This document shows positions 37,098-49,772 of a stretch of 64,000 bases of DNA, in pieces. The translations under genes and the position numbers were made by a program. The notes under the pieces are model-generated. The model did no database searches. It was not told the origin of the DNA and saw only the letters and a program-made list of their open reading frames with translations. Source of the stretch: Macrostomum hystrix (Eukaryota > Animalia > Platyhelminthes); assembly GCA_950097015.1 (NCBI GenBank), contig CATNEN010000029.1, forward strand, positions 1,178,001 through 1,242,000. The letters are read 5' to 3'. Numbering within the stretch: the first letter of the stretch is position 1; each line of letters starts with the position of its first letter.

Positions 37098-38439
37098 AAT
37101 GAAATTAGTGATAGTGATTAGTATAAAAAGGAAAAACTTGTACAAACATGTTAGGCAACACAATAGTTGCTCTAAGTACTAATACATTTAACATTATATT
37201 ACACATCCTGATGGATTTTAAAATAGATGTACTACTATACTTGAATTAAAAGCTTATATTTGATTAATTACAATCTACAATATTACATCACTAATCACTT
37301 TAAAAAAATTTAACCTATCCCAATTCCCAAAATATAAGTTGTTTTAATTGGGAACCCAGTTTGTAAAAGGATTCCATGTCTTTGCGATTAGGATCAGGAT
37401 CTTGTCCAACCTCAAAAAGTACAAAGATATATTTAATATAAAAATGTTACATTTTAATATATTATAGTCATAGATACAACAATTATCATCATTATATTTA
37501 TTGACTTTTAAACTGTTATGGCTAAGGCTAACTAACTCATTTATTTGAGTTATTTGATTTAAGTAACTATAAATTATGTATAATGTACAATGAGGCCCAC
37601 AATTAGAGTTCTAAACAGCTGCTAGAGCATTATAAAATAAACTTGAGCTAATGCTATTCTTTCTTTTTATAATTTATTAACAATTATTGGTCAAATTATT
37701 TTTTTGAACCTTTAGGTTCAGGAAGTTACTTCAGGAAGTTAATAACAATCAAGAAAAGTTTGGGCTAGGCTAGACATAGGTCAGTATAAATTAAAGCAGC
37801 CTGCTTAATTTTGTGACCAATAAGTTAGGCTTATATGGCAGAATATTTCATGCAAAATTTAGTTTTAAAATTGTAAACAACTCATGTTAAATACCCGCGA
37901 AAACTTTTCGTTGAACACGAACTTACTTGCTTTACAGCGGATATTCAAGCGGTATAAAAATCACATAGTGAATCAAAATAAGTAAAGTAATAATCTTTAA
38001 TAAATTATGACAAACGTTTATATTTCCGTTCCTGACCGTCCTAGTTACACTTTTCCCTGCTATCAACAACTTAGCGACAATAATAGTGCTGCTAACTAAT
38101 GCGTTCTTCGAAGATACGATATTCAAATTCATTATCCGAAACTCAATTTCATTCAAGTCATACATATGTTTATCGCGTCTTTTGTTTTCCGCTTTGATAT
38201 TAGACCTATTTGACTTGGATGAACCATCGCTTGTTGAAAATCGTGGTCCACAATGCATTTTGAGAATTGAAAAAGAATTCGAGGAACTAGGAGTTATACA
38301 AAAGAGGACATATGGTGCCACTAATACATGATCCTCTTCAAAAGTGGCTTTGCAGATAAAATATTTATATTAAAATAGAATTTATCTAAATCAGTAAGAA
38401 AAGTGCTCAGGTTTAGCTTCTCACAGTAAACTGACTAGC

Positions 38440-39196
38440 AACTAGTGTCACGCAGTTCAATTTCAAGCCTTCGTATCGCGTCACAATTGCGTGCAAATCG
38501 AAAAAGTTTTAAAATTATAAAATAAATGAGAGACAAACTAATTTTCAATGATTTTTTGTTAATTCAAAAGGTAAAAAAATAGTACAGATAGATATTTAAT
38601 TAGAAGGTAGAAAATAGCCAAATACAATTGTTGTACTTGCAGCAAATCGTTTTTAAAAAATTTTCGAATAAAAAATCTGTATTTAAATCTGAGTGGCACA
38701 TTTAGATTGAGACAATTATTAACAGTCTAATTTAGTAACAAATATCAAGTAATGGGAAAAATATTCGACTTGTTCTGTTCCAGCTCTTCTAGTAAAATCA
38801 AAAGAGAGAAAGCCAAGCAGGTTGGAAAGTTCTCAAGAGTGATGAAAATAAATTAATTAACGATAAAAAACTAGTTGGCGCATCCTATAGCAAAAATAAT
38901 CAATTTACTTGAAAAATTCACAAGATGAAAAGTAAAAAAACACGGATACACAGCCAATTGAGAGGGGCAAGAAACTACGAAACTCCTGTTCAGTCAATAG
39001 AAATATACGGATGTGATTTAATTACACATTATTGGCACAAAGTACTTGATTCAGCGATGAATAATTGTAAAAATTCAATGATAGCAGATTATGGTGAAGA
39101 AATGGTGAAAATCGGTTGAGCCGTTCGGGAGAAAATCAATTACGAACAAGCAAGCAAGCAAGCAAGCAAGATTTTCATTTTTAGTATATTAGAAGT
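38440..39196 (+). mobile_element. Possible non-autonomous Helitron/DINE-like element
   Basis: Starts with actag...; ends gaaaatcggttgagccgttc...(caag)n...ttttagtatattag, resembling the microsatellite-bearing 3' ends of Lep1/DINE-type elements. Based on recalled pattern only. Confidence 0.35.
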
Positions 39197-39416
39197 ATGT
39201 TTCTATCGCGACCTTGGGAATCACCCATTCGCTGCTGGCGGAAGCGTTTTGCTGATTGGCTGAGAGCTATCACATGATATCCGGTAACACGTCTCGCTGA
39301 TTGGCTGAGAGTATCACATGATATCCGGTAACACAAAATATGCTCGGTTTAAAAACTATAGCTTCCATATCTGATGGGAGAATTTTTTGTCAAACGAATG
39401 AACCGTTACTTTTAAT

Positions 39417-42400
39417 TTACGAAAACTTCGTCGTATCAGCATTGGTCTCCACAGGGGACGCCTTGTTGCCAGTTGCTCCCGAAGGTGCGGACTGCTGCAA
39501 CAGGCCTTCGATTAGCGGCTTGCAGTTGCTCCAGTGCTCGGCTATCTGTGGATAATAGGAGATCCGGGCCACAGACACTTACATAACTGTTGACCTAGTA
39601 AGTATCTCGTAGGTATCTGTGATCCAACCTAACTTATAGGCTAAAAGTTACCATAAACTATGAATTACAAATCAAAGGACAATGCCAAATAAGGACTTCT
39701 AAATAAAGAATCTTATTGATGAAAGCACACAGCAGCGATATTATAGAATCTTTTGGTCTAGTTGGGACAGCCGGCTTTTAAATTGGACGCTGAGCTTTCT
39801 GCGGCGCCAAACAGCGACTGCTGTCTATGGAAAACTGTGCAGAGCGCAGCTGTTGCAACGTTACCAACGGATTCTCTTCCACCGCAGCTACCAGAAAGTC
39901 TTTCATAGGTTCGGTGAGCTTTCGGTTCTTAGTTCCACCCCTGGGCAGTGCTGAGCGTCTCCCTTCTAAATCAAAGGCGTGGCAGATGTTGTACACGGAG
40001 GTTCGCTTGATGTCTAGCGTTCGAGAAATGTCGCCCACTGGCTCTCACCTTTTTGCCAAGCTAGTAAAACGGGGTATCCTTTTTTCTCGCGTTTTTCGCG
40101 TACATTGGATTCTCCATTCTATGTCTCGATAACAGTATAAATAGCAAGGACAACTTAATAACTCCTTGTTATTAAGTTATTAAGCTGTCCTTGATAAATA
40201 GTGACACTTTTTGGGCTCATTTGATTTAACCATAGACAAGTGCTTAGATGTCTAAATGTCTGCCCGCTGTCTAATTTCAAAGCCAGCATGTGAATTTCGA
40301 GTTGGCCATAGACAGCAGTCGCTGTATGATGGGGGTGGCTTCACAAGACCGAAATTTCACAACGCCGAAACACCATTTTTCATAAGACCGAAATTTCATA
40401 AGACCTATAAAAAGCACCAGGGCAAATTGACTGCAGAAAAACTATAGCTTTTTGCGTTCAATTTTGGACAGCGGGCTTTCAATTTCGGCAAGGGTCTATG
40501 TGTCAGTCTCTCATCCCCTCCCATTGGTGTCTATGGCCAGAAAATGCACAGGCGGGCTTTCAAATTCGACAGCGGGCAATCAATTTCGGCATTAATCCAC
40601 TTAAGCAAACATTTAAACTGCATATATATTTCGGAGTTGAAAAACGCGAACATTTTGTTGAATGAATTCAATGCAAACTGGGACACTACGACATAGTCGC
40701 GAACGTGTGAAACAAGTCGGACCACAAAGACAAAGATAGTCAACATTTATCCCATTATGTTTTCTCTAGCCAAGCACGGAGGGATGAATCGCAGTGTGTG
40801 CTGAAACCAAGCACCGCACTTCTGCTGGGTGATGGCATCGATTGCCTCAACACCACAGCGCTGCAACACCATTATCCTCCAGTCCCTAGCGCTCATGTCC
40901 TCCGGAATAAGAGCAAATTCCTGCTGAACAACTGGCTGACTCAGTTGGCGCTTCACTGCAGCCTTGAACGCACTGTGTGCCAGCTCCACTGGGTTCAGGA
41001 ATGGTGAGTATGGCGGCAAGGTGCGGAAGCTGATGCGACCTTCAAATTCTAGTGGAATTTGAAGCCCCTGGTGAAACCGAGCCCCATCCAGCAGAATCAC
41101 ACACTGATGGCCTTCTGGCAGATAAGCGGCAACGCTCTGGCAGATTCGAGGGACCAAAATCTGCACACGCTCACGGTTCACAGAACCGATCTCAAGGCTG
41201 AACTCCACCAAGCCGATAGTAGGAGAAGTTGCCAGAATGAGGTTGAGTCCAGGGCTCTTCTGAGTGTGCACAAATCTGAGAACTGGCTTTCCTCGCACAC
41301 TTCGACCGAAGCTGCGCCGAGTCCAGACTCCGTAGCCGGACTCATCAAGATGCACCAGCTCAACAGAAGGCGGCAAGTTGACCAACCAGTTGGCGAAATC
41401 TTGTCTCCTGGCTTTGTTCTCCTCGGAGTTCCTCGCAGCCAGCACGTCACCTTCCCTCGAGGGGTACTTCATTGTGTAAAGGTGAGCGTCCAGTGCCCTC
41501 GAAATGGTCGAGATTTCAACACTATCGAGCGTATCCTGAAACTCGGCCAGCAAGCGAGTACGCAACTGCTGCAGTGTAGCATCAGGAAATTCTTCATGGG
41601 GTTGGTGAGCTTTTGGCGCCTGTTACCACCCTTAGACAATGAATACCTTCTCCCCTGTGTCAAAAGCGTGACAGATGCTGTACACGGTTGAGCGCTTCAC
41701 CCCAAGCATCCTTGATATGTCCGTCACGAGCTCTCCGCGCTGCCAAGCCTGGATGACAAGATCTCTTTTGTCTCTGGATATCGTTGCATACTGCCGATGC
41801 TCCATGTTAAAATGTTAGATTTTAACAGAGAAGACTCAGTGTTGCTAAACTCTCTCCCTCTGTGATCTCTGTCATATTAACGAGCAGTCAAGCTGCTTCT
41901 ACCATAGACAGCTGCCACGAGCTGAGGAGTGCCAGTAAGAGAGAAGATCCAGTCAATCCGTTTGCATGCCGAAATTGATTGCCCGCTGTCGAATTTGAAA
42001 GCCCGCCTGTGCATTTTCTGGCCATAGACACCAATGGGAGGGGATGAGAGACTGACACATAGACCCTTGCCGAAATTGAAAGCCCGCTGTCCAAAATTGA
42101 ACGCAAAAAGCTATAGTAACTCATAAAAAATGCTGACCTGCGCGTGTCCGACAATTTGCGAACTAGTGAGGTTCAGCAGCAGAGATTGCACCAGCGGCAA
42201 ATTAGCCTGCACCAACTGCGTCTCCAAGGTTAGACAAAAATTAGCAAAATGAGTCCTAGCTTCGATATCGTGCAGCACGGTCTCCTGGCGAGCGATGCGA
42301 GCCTCCAGGCTCTCCACTGCCCAGCGGTCCCGGCCGGCCATGTGGTGCGAGTTGGCGTGCTTCTTGAAGTCGGCAAGATTACGCATCGACCGGTCGTGAT

Positions 42401-45400
42401 CACGTTTAAGATGCTTCACCCGCTCGGCTAGTTGCTGCGGAGAGGCGCAGCAGGTAATCATTATTTTTCGGTGGTGATTACATTTTGTGAGTGCATTAAA
42501 ATGCATACTGGAGTGGAACTCCTCCTTCGGAGGAAATATACATTTGCGCTTGAACTCCGATGCTTGTTTTGTAGACTGTGCCCCAACGACAACTAGTGAG
42601 ATGGACATTGCAGTTGTAGATGGACATTCTACAAGAACTTTATCTAAGAATGCACGTGGACAATGTATAGAAAATTTAATATTCAAGAAATGTGTTTTGA
42701 TTCATATATACTCGTAACACAAGCATATTGTAGAAATGTTTTACAACACAGATTTTTTTGTTCTTGCTAACAGTTTTTTCGCACACAACAAACTACCAAC
42801 AGAAGCACTATAATAAACTAACGTAGTAGCTGGACATTTTTTAATCCTAATCTCGTAACAATTCGCACCACTTGCTAGTGGAATTTAATTCTTTAAGTTC
42901 TACTCGTAGTGATCTTTGAAGACTCCCTGTATGCTCACAATGAAACCGTCGAGAAGCATCACTAGAAACTCGGCCGCAGCCACAACGCCATCCTCCAGTG
43001 TCGCCTTCTCTTCGTAGCGCGTCGCCACGTCCAGGTACACAGCCGACACTCGCGGGAGACCGGCCTGCACCGGCGACCAAGTGTCGCCCTCGTCGGCAGC
43101 AGTCGCCGCCCATTCCAACGGCTGCTGCAGCTGCGCCTGCCGACCAAGCTCGTCCAGTCTGGCGGCGATGCCGGCCACCGCGGCGCCGGAACTGCGAGTT
43201 GCTTCGGCCAGGCTGCGCAGACAGTCGCGACAGGCCGTCAGGCGCTGCAGGAGGCCCTGGACAAAGCGGCGCGACTCCTCGTGACGCTGAATAGCATCCG
43301 GAGGAGTCAAATGTTTGGCAGCCGCAGCGTGGGCGTGAGTCAGGAATTCGTCGAGCGGACGGCCAAAACCAGAGCGAAGCGCTTTTTCAAAGTCCTTCGT
43401 TTTGATTTATTGTAGGTATAGATTTTCTTAGAAGGATCTCTTAGTGATAGCGGAGATTAGGGGTGATAATTGATCTAAGTGCAGTGTTTTATTTAAAAAC
43501 AAAATTATTCTAGGAATGCAAGACCTTATTTCTAGATTCAGTTTCTAGATTCTAGATTAAAGAAATTCAGTCTATTGTTAAGTCAATGGACTGGGGGGAC
43601 GCTACACCCACCCTCAATTACCCCAGCTAATGCTGGTCTCCATTTAACACTGAACAAGTAAAGTGTCTTGCTAAAGGACACAATTTGTTTCAATGGACTA
43701 GGGAAACGAACCCCTGACCTTTAAGTCGTCAGTCCGACGCACTAACAACTAGGCTACAACTAAACACACACTCACACAGGTGTGTAAATCTGCACTGACT
43801 TTCTCCTCGTCAGACAGTGTACACTTTCACTGCACCTTGGAGTTTGACCCTAAAGGGCGTAAATTCACGGCAAGCCCCCAAGCATTATCTACGCGGCTGC
43901 GCACCAAATGAATGTGGCCTCGCCGCGGAATCGAGCTCAGGGCTTGTTGTTAGAGGCATCCTAAATATATGCATATAATGTACGAATCTTCACCTCGCCC
44001 GAGCAGGTGAAGAACAGTCGGAGCATTGCCTCGTCGCACACAGTAGGATGCCTGGCTAGCAGGGTTAGGTAGCACTGCAGGCCGCGCTCGCGCTCCTCCA
44101 GGAAGGTGGCATCCTCGCCGACAGACAGCGGGCGACCCTTGCCGGGCAGCTGGGGCAGGATCCGGTAGGGATAGCGCAGGATCAGCTGCTCGTTTAGCGC
44201 GCGAAAATCATTGTAGCGACGCAGAACAGACGAATCGTAGCGTCGGCTGGTGACCTTGTAGACTCGATGGCGAAACACCAGCATGCCCTTCTGCTCCGGC
44301 TGCAGGCCGACTGTGACCTTGGTAGCGATATATCCACGAATTGTTTGCGCTTCAAAAATTTTATCTACGGAGATCATTTAATGATCCCCATCCCCATCCC
44401 ACATCTGTCTAGATCCCAAATTCCCATCCCACATCTATCTAGATCCCAAATTCCTATCCCACATCTATCTAGATCCCAAATCCCCATCCGACATCTATCT
44501 AGATCCCAAATCCCCATCTCACATCTTTTTAGATCCTAAATTCCTATCCCACATCTATCTAGATCCCAAATCCCCATCCCACATCTATCTAGATTCCAAA
44601 TCCCCATCTCACATCTTTTTAGATCCTAAATCTTCATCCCACATCTATCTAGATCCCAAATCCCCATCCCACATTTAGATCCCAAATCCTTCTCACAGTG
44701 TCCAGCTGTTCCAGCTCCTCCAGAGTCATGCCCAGTTTAGCCGGTCGCTGCTCCCTTCGCAGCCGGGCGGCCGCCTTGGCCAGGCTGCCAAGATCGCCGA
44801 AATTAGGCGTCGGCGCTTCTGGCAGAGTGCGCAATGCAGCCAAGTTCGACGCCTGGCTGCGCTCGGCGCCGCCACCAGCCTGGGCTAGGCCAATCAGGGC
44901 CAGGGCGCGGAACAGGCCCCGCCTGGTCAAGTAGTTGTCGGCCGGCTCAGCCAGGCTCCAGATAGACCGCAGGGTGGCCGCCGGCAGACCTGAGCGCTCC
45001 AACAATGCCAGGAATAGGCCCCGATCGATCAGGCAGTCCTCGCAGGATTTATCATCTTCGCTGCCATTGTTGTTGGTGCTGCTGCTGCCACTGATGCACA
45101 GAATGCGATAGATTTCTAGGTACTGCTTTGGCGGATTGTCTAATAATGTAAGTTAGCATAGTAGATGTAAGTCAGGGCAAGTGTACACACCAGTGTGTGA
45201 TAGTAAAATATCTATAAATGATAATACATAAAATATATGTATTTTATGTAATATGTATATCTATGTGTATATATATACATGCATAGGTACAAGTATATAT
45301 GCATTTGTTGATGGCTGAATATATATTATACATGTATTAATCATACTTCTAACTATATTGTTTCACTATAAAAGCCACAATTTGGGTGGTTAAGGTTTCA

Positions 45401-45638
45401 TATATGTTGAAAAATGATTGCTACTACTTCTAGTATACATAGCGCCAACAATTTAGTCAAATATGACAGGGGTGATTAAAGATGTCTAGTTCCAGCTTCA
45501 AATCTTACTAACCATTGCTTTTCTAAATTCATTTTCATAATTAAAATGCAGCTTAGCTCAATCTCAATTTTAACAAGAGAGTACCTCAGTAATTTAAGAC
45601 AGACACTTACCAGTGCAAAATGATGGATCCTCTGCCAT
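39417..45638 (-). CDS. SNX8: Sorting nexin 8 / Mvp1 (PX-BAR) with N-terminal EH-like domain, ~558 aa
   Basis: Exons 45611-45638, 44697-45139, 43994-44317, 42939-43394, 42138-42434, 39417-39545; total 1677 nt, GT-AG, phase-consistent. PX motifs PEQKG...SVLRRYNDF...YPYRILPQLPGK; BAR C-terminus ETQLVQANLP...IAEHWSNCKP. Candidate 25-nt 5'UTR exon at 45757-45781. Confidence 0.9.
39811..40325 (-). mobile_element. Internally deleted relative of the adjacent Tc1-like element
   Basis: Contains a diverged 5' transposase fragment (GDISRTLDIKRTSVYNICHAFD...DFLVAAVEENP), flanked by a perfect 20-bp inverted repeat acagcgactgctgtctatgg (39811-39830) / ccatagacagcagtcgctgt (40306-40325). Confidence 0.65.
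40442..42116 (-). mobile_element. IS630/Tc1-like (DDE_3) DNA transposon with ~150-bp TIRs, decayed, inside the last SNX8 intron
   Basis: Inverted repeats 40442-40591 and 41967-42116 (ctatagctttttgcgttc...). Transposase runs from ATG ~41805 (MEHRQYATISRDKRD..., HTH) to 40747 with two frameshifts. Catalytic motifs HLDESG, LLDGARFH, PPYSPFLNPVE; 33 residues lie between the second D and E. Confidence 0.85.
43583..43760 (-). mobile_element. tRNA-derived SINE, copy D
   Basis: cacccaccctcaattaccccagct..atgctggt, aagtgtcttgctaaaggacacaat and head gtccgacgcactaacaactaggctacaac all match copy A. Confidence 0.75.
44380..44690. repeat. 30-bp tandem array (SNX8 intron 2)
   Basis: Unit agatcccaaatccccatcccacatctatct. 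Confidence 0.94.
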
Positions 45639-46799
45639 TTGAAGCTGTGAATAGCAAAAATACAATGAATTAAAAAAACTATATTGATTTAATATAATTG
45701 ATGCTATTGAACCATTGAGAATAAATTATCAATAAAGATTGGCTAAACATAAATACCTGCTGATATTTTGATCAGGGTTAGCTGCAATAAAAAAATATAA
45801 GAAAAAATAGTAGCAGTAATAAAGAGAATTGTCATATTCTCTATTCAGCTACTTAGCACATAAACCTAGAAGGCTTAAGCCAGTAAAACCCAGTTATTTT
45901 AATCCGATATTTAAAGTAAAACCTTGAATTTACACTATTTGCTATAATTAAAACTAAATAGTTATTATATAGCATTTACGGTCTGTATTCTGTAAATTCT
46001 GAATTGTGTGTAGTCATGTAGATAGAGACACTTTTTATAAATAAATCCGACAGTAGAACATTCTACAAAAGATAGAAAAATATTGTATACAAAAAATAAA
46101 TTAAAGCTGTGCATTTTATTTATCCTTCGTTATTTGCACATGAAATGTATATCACAGAAAACTAATAGGGATACCCACAAGCAGCCAATCCAATAATATA
46201 AGCATTTCTAGGTGTATCGGCATGGTAACGAAAAAGAGCAACCCTGAAAAACTAATAAAAATTATAAAATATAAAGGCAAATAAATATAAGCCTCCAGTA
46301 TAAGCCACTAAAAATTATTATAGAAGCTAATGAAAAATTAAACCCGGTTTTTTGTTTTTCACTTTTTCTATATGTCAAAATGAATTTTACAAAGCATTCT
46401 TACAAAATATTGCAAGCAAATCGCTGCTTGCATGCAATTAGCAGTTAAACAAATTATTTTTATGTAAACTAAATGAGCATTAGAATATAAAAACTGTAAA
46501 TAGTTCAAAAAAAATTAAAAGTATTTAAAAAGCTTCAACGCTACAATTTCCGTATTGCGTTAATTTTATGATTCACAACATTCGACACCGTCGGTACAGC
46601 CAAAAAATAAGTTAGCTCAATTTACGACATCGCCGGTATAACCTAAGAATAAAAAATGGTTTGACCTGCCGCAGCATTGGCGAGAGCTAGCCGACCAGAG
46701 GGTTTGCGGCCTGCCCCCACTGCACTCCGCCCCTGTTGGCGCCAGTGGATGTGGCCGTATGCTGCTGCTGGCCATTGAGGGCTTGGGGAACTTAAGGCG

Positions 46800-46895
46800 C
46801 CCTGCACCTCCACACCAGTAGCACGAAATTACCTGTGCAATGAGCTGAAGCTATTCAGAGGAAAGTACAAGGTCTTGCCAAGGGACACAAATTTG
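46800..46895 (-). mobile_element. Partial SINE-related fragment
   Basis: tgaagcta..cagag...gtcttgccaagggacacaa matches the copy A body. Confidence 0.45.
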
Positions 46896-47517
46896 AGAAA
46901 CAATTCACAGTTAATTTTTCTAAAAGCAGAGTTACGACGAGGTTCCACAGGTATTCTATAAGCGCAAGATTAAATTGCAATAAGCATATTTACTTAATGA
47001 TATTTCTCTCTGCAGAACACGCGTGTGAGGCGTGTTGATATGAAATGATTTGCATGCTAATTAACATTTGACTTTCCCTTTTACAGGTGTTATTATGCAA
47101 ATGCGGAGTAGACAGAATCATTATTTTGGCAATAAAACACATATTATTATCGAGTATGTATACCACGTCAATACTCTCTAATTGACGAAAAAATGACTTG
47201 CCAAATTTAGACATGTAAAAAGTAGCCAAGTATAAATTTATTTATCTCCATGGCCAACCCAAGTTACGGTTCGTTAGCCAAGACCTTAGAACTTAGCTTA
47301 TATTTTTTGTTTAAGATAATTTTCAAAAAATGAAAAAAGCAACAATAAAACTTTAATTCGAGGTTCTGACACGACAGAAGTTCTGTTGAAGCTTCACATC
47401 ATAGAACTCGTTTATAGGGAAAAATGACGTTTATACCTAGCCAGGCGGGACACAGTATCACCTCCATCTCTATAGCAGATTTTTTAATTCAAATAACGGA
47501 AAATAAACAAACTGCAG

Positions 47518-49418
47518 CTACAGAGCACTTTTCTCGTGGCTGCTAATCTCTAACTCCACCATCAGGTCCACCTGGTTGCGCTTTGGGCAGCAACAGCTGA
47601 ACACGCAGGACAGAAGGCGGTCATAGGGCTCCAGAGACCGCAGAGGCTCAGGCAGGAAGTCCCAGTTGCGCATGAAGGCTGGCAGCCAGTGCGGCTTCTT
47701 CGACTGCAGCAGGCTGACGACGCCAGCCGTCAGCATGGGAGCGACGAGCAGCCCGAAGGCGACGTAGACAGCCACAGTGTGCACCAGCGATAGGCCGAAG
47801 AACATCAGCGGAATCAGGAGGAAGGTGAACAGGATGTAGGCAATTGCGAACCAGCGGTAAGCAGCAACGGCGGCGCCAAGTTTCTTTGCCAGTGCGATCG
47901 GAATGCTCTTCATGAATGGTACAGGTAGCCAAATAAGTACACCGATAACGTTAAAGAACAGGTGAATGAGAGCTGTCTGAAGGCTGGATGCATCGGCCGA
48001 TGCAAGAGCAGCGAGGAGGCCGGTGGTGGTTGTGCCGATGTTGGAGCCCAGTGTGATTGGGTACATTATCTCCACGGTGATGACTCCGGTGCCAACGAGA
48101 GGCGTCAGCGTTGACGTCAGCACTGAGGAGGACTGGACGAGGATGGTGAGACAGGCGCCGACCAGCAGAGCGATGTAGTCCATGGCGAAGCTCAGACAGC
48201 GGTTCTGCGTCCGTGTCACTCGCTCGATGGCCGTCTTGACCTTCGCCTCCAGCAGGGAGCGGAGAATCCGCACGAGGCCGACCAGACAGCCGATGAGGGC
48301 GGCCAATGACATGGCCAGCAGGATGCCTCCGATGGCAGCGTCCGCCCAGTGGCCAGCCACATCCATGAACATGAAGGCGCCTGGAACGTTGGCGTGCATT
48401 TCCGCCTTTAGTCTCTACCACTCTCATTAATTCAATTGAGATTCTGCAAAAGTAACTAGAAAGTACACTTGAGTCAGCTCTAGTGCAGGTCTCTTTTTGA
48501 AGCACAGAGGCGATGTCAACTTAGGCTCTTGAACACAACCCGAGGTCAATCCTCGAACCAAACTGACTGAAATCCAGGAGCTTTTCGATCCAGTTGACTA
48601 GAAACGCCGAGACATCTCACCCCAGTCCTTCTCATGGTACCCTGGGGAATTTTGAGTCTCAAACAAGTAATATTTGACTCACACTTCTCGGCGCAGGTTC
48701 CATTTCCACCCTTGCGGCAGCAGACTTTCAGCAGAGTGCTGCTGTTACGCAGAAGCTCCGGCTTCCTTAACAGTTTGCTATCCAGCCGAACCACATTCTC
48801 TGTGAATGGCGCAATGATAACTTTAAGAAAGTCTGGTGGGCTGGACACCCTGGCAGTCCCGTTGGTATTGCCCCTCACAATGAGGCCCGTCAGACTGGTC
48901 AGAGCTCCGCTGGCCATCTCCACGGGAAGCAGGACCAGCACGGTCAGCCAGTTGAACATGTCGTGCACAGTGGCGCCGGCGAAGGCTTTCTCAATCTCTT
49001 CGCGGTGTCCGATCTGGCCCAGGGAGACGATTGTGTTGGTGACGGTGGTGCCGATGTTGGCGCCCATGATCATGTAGACCGATGAGCGCAGCTCGATGAT
49101 CTCAGCGCCGACCATTGTGATGATGAGCGACGTCGATGTGGACGAGCTCTGCACAAGGACTGTCAGGAGAACTCCCATCATCAGGCAGGCGACTGGATTG
49201 GCGAACACGACATTGTTGGCTAGCAGGTCGCCAATCTGACGACCTCCAAGGAGGCGAAATGCCGCGCTCATGAGGTCCAGGGAGCAGATGAAGAAGTACA
49301 GGCAGATCAGCAGAGCCACCAGTCGCAAGATGATCAGCAGGATGCGAACCGGCCGCCAGGTCTTCCAATTTAGTTCTACCTTGCTATTAGAAGTCTCCGC
49401 AACCCGATGCGCTCGCTG
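47518..49418 (-). CDS. SLC34: SLC34 (NaPi-II/NptA family) sodium-phosphate cotransporter; 5' start codon not found
   Basis: Exons 48683-49418 and 47518-48380 (GT-AG, phase 1). Two QSSS repeats (VQSSSTSTS, VQSSSVLTS) and GANIGTT/GSNIGTT, AFAGATVHDMFNWL, ALIHLFFNVIG, YRWFA. The open frame begins right after a ttttag|cag acceptor, with an in-frame stop upstream. Confidence 0.9.
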
Positions 49419-49551
49419 CTAAAACATCGGTCAGCTCGCAAATCGAGGCGGTGCTGCAATTGTTGATTTAGACTTTGCTATTTTGAGTAGGTGAGTAGGC
49501 TATAGTTAGATACCAGATAAAAAAATACGTCTCGCCAATTTGAACCAGATG

Positions 49552-49772
49552 AACAGCCAGTGGCACAGCCGCAGCTGTTCGCTGCACTTCCAAAGACTGT
49601 CTTCCTAGGACTGTTCAGTCCATGGACTGGGGAGGCGACCCATGTTTCTTCCCCTGCTTGTACTGGTACCCATTTACAGCTCTCGATCAAGGACACAAAT
49701 TGCTTCCCGTGGGCTGAGATTCGAACTGCGGATATCTCTGTCAGAAGTCAGAAACTCTAATCACTATCGACC
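49552..49772 (-). mobile_element. tRNA-derived SINE, copy E
   Basis: gcacagccgcagct, ctgttcagtccatggactg, ctggtacccattt, aaggacacaaatt and B-box gcagttcgaatc on the minus strand. Confidence 0.7.

Noticed and set aside
37932-38331. 129-aa and 81-aa ORFs between SNX8 and ZDHHC
   Set aside because: AT-rich, no recognisable motif and no splice context.
41059-41691. 210-aa plus-strand ORF and other antisense ORFs over real exons
   Set aside because: Antisense shadows of GC-rich coding sequence.
49419-49427. ATG TTT TAG as a nonsense-mutated SLC34 start (pseudogene)
   Set aside because: The TAG is better explained as a splice acceptor preceded by a CTGAC branch point; the rest of the CDS is intact.
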